Below, piece after piece: positions 25,906 through 28,122 of a stretch of DNA of 28,122 nucleotides (positions within the stretch are counted from its first letter, which is position 1; every line of letters begins with the position of its first letter). Under the pieces are notes generated by a model that saw only the letters and a list, made by a program, of their open reading frames with translations, was not told the DNA's origin and did not search any database. The position numbers and the translations under genes were made by a program. The stretch comes from Anaerolineae bacterium (GTDB lineage Bacteria > Chloroflexota > Anaerolineae > Anaerolineales > UBA4823), in the NCBI GenBank assembly GCA_030622805.1, contig JAUXFR010000001.1, positions 1 to 28,122 of the forward strand. The letters run 5' to 3'.

Positions 25906-26762
25906 TGACGTACCCGCAGGCAGTTCTCGATTGGTTAGAAGATAGTGGTTATGGTTCGATTTCCTCGTCGCGCTCGGTCGCCGGTGGCTGCATCAATAAT
26001 GGATCGGTGCTTAAGACATCTTCCGGGAAGACATGCTTTATTAAAATGAACCGACATACGCCAGCGGATATGTTTGAAAGAGAGGCGGAGGGGCTCAGAG
26101 CACTGCGAACAGAAGATGGGCCATTCGTCCCTGAATCCTTTCTGCATGGTCCGGATTTCTTGCTGATGGAAGACTTGAACCCGGGTAGAAGATGCAGTGA
26201 GTATTGGTCGCTGTTTGGTCGCCAATTAGCCGCACTGCATAATCATACCCAATCTTTATTTGGTTTCTCGAATGATAATTACATCGGAAGCACGCCACAA
26301 CCAAATCCATGGACAGAAGACGGGCATACATTCTTCGCAGAACAGCGGCTGATGTTTCAGGCCAGGTTAGCGAATAGACGTGGTCTGCTGGCATCTTCTG
26401 ATGTGCGGCGGATTGAAGATCTGTGTGTCTTGCTGCCTGAGATCGTACCGAGTCAACCCGCTTCTCTGAGCCACGGAGACCTTTGGAGTGGAAACGCCAC
26501 AATGGATAAAGATGGTAATCCAACGATCATCGATCCGGCTGCCCATTACGGTTGGGCAGAAGCAGAACTGGCTATGACAACGCTGTTTGGTTCTTTTCCA
26601 GGCACTTTTTACCAGGCTTACCAGGAAGTTCGATCCCTACCCCCGGGTTATGAGGATCGATTTCCGATCTACAACCTGTATCATCTGCTAAACCATGTTA
26701 ATTTGTTCGGCTCAGGATATTTAAGTCAGACCCTGTCAACGCTTAAGCGCATTATCAGATAA
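25902..26762 (+). CDS. Fructosamine/ketosamine-3-kinase family protein
   Basis: GGCIN, FEREAEGL, FGFSNDNYIGSTPQPN, LSHGDLWSGN, IDPAAHYG..EAELAM, YNLYHLLNH. Confidence 0.95.
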   Translation: MMTYPQAVLDWLEDSGYGSISSSRSVAGGCINNGSVLKTSSGKTCFIKMNRHTPADMFEREAEGLRALRTEDGPFVPESFLHGPDFLLMEDLNPGRRCSEYWSLFGRQLAALHNHTQSLFGFSNDNYIGSTPQPNPWTEDGHTFFAEQRLMFQARLANRRGLLASSDVRRIEDLCVLLPEIVPSQPASLSHGDLWSGNATMDKDGNPTIIDPAAHYGWAEAELAMTTLFGSFPGTFYQAYQEVRSLPPGYEDRFPIYNLYHLLNHVNLFGSGYLSQTLSTLKRIIR

Positions 26763-26766
26763 ATTT

Positions 26767-27372
26767 TTGCGTATAGAGGCATTTTGGGCGTATAAATGCT
26801 ATTCATGCGAGGGATTGTGTAAATTAGAAGAAGTGACCAGTTATAGGAATCCGTTTAAAGTGAAACGAATCATTGATGCAGTCCTGAAGGTTAAAGAGAT
26901 ATCAGTCCCACAGGATGATTCATTTGAGTTCCACGATCCGGGAGCACTCAGAGACGGGGAATTGGAACTGGTCTTATTTCGCACACTTTCCGGCAATCCA
27001 GATCGAGGGGATGTACCTACCTATCGCTTCAAGATTATGCAGGTTGACAGTGATCGAGAAGTCGGTCGTATTGACTTGAGAATAGGGAATACGGAACGGA
27101 TCATCAAGTATCTGGGGCATATTGGGTACCATGTGGGATCAAGATATCGCGGAAATCATTATGCTGCAAGAGCGTGGGCGCTGCTGCTTCCACTGGCGCG
27201 CAGTCATGGCTTGGAAAAATTATGGATCACCTGCAACCCGGATAATATCGCATCTCGCCGAACATGTGATCTGGTCGGTGCTGAATTCGTTGAAATCGTT
27301 GATGTTCCCAAGGGGACGGATTTTTATCGCGCGGGGGAGAAGCAGAAATGCCGCTACCGGCTTGACTTATAA
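26767..27372 (+). CDS. GNAT family N-acetyltransferase (true start probably downstream, e.g. GTG 26833 or 26860)
   Basis: VGRIDLRIG...GHIGYHV..RYRGNHYA...ITCNPDNIASRRTC..VGA. Confidence 0.85.
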   Translation: MRIEAFWAYKCYSCEGLCKLEEVTSYRNPFKVKRIIDAVLKVKEISVPQDDSFEFHDPGALRDGELELVLFRTLSGNPDRGDVPTYRFKIMQVDSDREVGRIDLRIGNTERIIKYLGHIGYHVGSRYRGNHYAARAWALLLPLARSHGLEKLWITCNPDNIASRRTCDLVGAEFVEIVDVPKGTDFYRAGEKQKCRYRLDL

Positions 27373-27480
27373 TATTAACAATCTTCAAATAATATAGAGG
27401 GAAAATTTGATTATAATTGTGGGGTTTGAACAACAGTCCCAAATTTATCTTCTTCAAATCGTATACAGGAGGATGTTTGA

Positions 27481-28122
27481 TTGCTTCAAAATAAGTTATC
27501 GGAAATCAAAGGCGAGCTGCAGAATATTTTTACAGGGAATAGAAACCTGTTAGATTCAATCCTTCCACCTCTGTTATTTGTCTTGATTAACGAGATTATT
27601 GGTTTTGAAGCTGCAATGTGGAGCGCGTTTGGTTTAGCAATCATTTTTGCGATAATTCGCCTCTTGCGCGGTCAATCATTGATTTCTGCACTCGGTGGGA
27701 TCGGTGGTGTGCTTGTAGCGATAGTTGTTGCCAAATGGTCTGGGCATAATGAGGGGTTTTTCCTGCCCGGCATCATCAGCAACCAGGTTTTTATTCTGGC
27801 GATCATTATAAGCCTTCTGATTGGCAAACCTTTGATTGCCGTTGGCAGTTATTTTTTGCGCCGCTGGCCATTGGAATGGTACTGGCATCAACGAGTGAGA
27901 CCTGCTTATATAGAAGTAAGCCTGTTGTGGTTGGTATTCCTTTCTATCCGCTCTGTATTTCAGGTCACGCTGTATCTCAACCATGCAGTGGATGAACTTG
28001 CGATTCTTACATTGATTACAGGAGCTCCAGCGACGGTTACTCTGCTGGCAATCAGCTACCTGTATGGAAGCTGGCGATTGATGCAGTTGGGAGGACCGAG
28101 TGTGGTAGAGTATCAACAGGAT
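27481..28122 (+). CDS. Multi-pass membrane protein, DUF3159-like (3'-truncated by window edge; not in ORF track)
   Basis: TTG 8 nt after AGGAGG; hand translation MLQNKLSEIKGELQNIFTG...LLDSILPPLLF...EGFFLPG...RRWPLEWYWHQRVRPAY... stays open to window end. Confidence 0.75.
   Translation, partial: MLQNKLSEIKGELQNIFTGNRNLLDSILPPLLFVLINEIIGFEAAMWSAFGLAIIFAIIRLLRGQSLISALGGIGGVLVAIVVAKWSGHNEGFFLPGIISNQVFILAIIISLLIGKPLIAVGSYFLRRWPLEWYWHQRVRPAYIEVSLLWLVFLSIRSVFQVTLYLNHAVDELAILTLITGAPATVTLLAISYLYGSWRLMQLGGPSVVEYQQD

Noticed and set aside
26767-26860. N-terminal extension of the GNAT with Cys residues (CYSCEGLC)
   Set aside because: TTG start without an SD; most likely an over-extended ORF call rather than a metal-binding domain
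94-28116. Remaining short overlapping ORFs in the six-frame track, including 27676-28116 (-)
   Set aside because: They overlap well-supported genes in other frames or strands and have no recognisable homology
1-28122. rRNA, tRNA, CRISPR arrays, transposases, integrases, defence genes
   Set aside because: No cloverleaf, rRNA-like tract, regularly spaced repeats or matching protein motifs were seen

Overview
Housekeeping window, most likely from a Chloroflexota (Anaerolineae-like) genome; the taxonomy is inferred from protein sequence style only. Positions 1-17558 hold the end of tuf, the S10-spc-alpha ribosomal protein supercluster (with secY, adk, map, rpoA), truA and rplM-rpsI. infA is absent from its usual slot, and rpmJ (12546-12659) is present but missed by the ORF track. 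Then come a YabN-type mazG fusion, an RlmI/K-like methyltransferase, an unknown membrane protein, an MBL-fold hydrolase, a minus-strand recA-like/recX/rny block, an LMW phosphatase plus fructosamine-kinase pair, a GNAT and a truncated DUF3159-like membrane protein. No rRNA, tRNA, CRISPR array or mobile element is seen. The most striking item is the gene in the recA slot. It is a 298-aa open frame, colinear with RecA and preceded by a good promoter. It lacks the N-terminal polymerisation domain and has lost most catalytic and DNA-binding residues, so it is a candidate repurposed 'pseudo-RecA'. Several long ribosomal-operon spacers fold into clear stems, above all the 224-nt rpsJ-rplC spacer, and are candidate undescribed cis-regulatory RNAs. 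All alignments, base-pairings and counts were done by eye or by hand.
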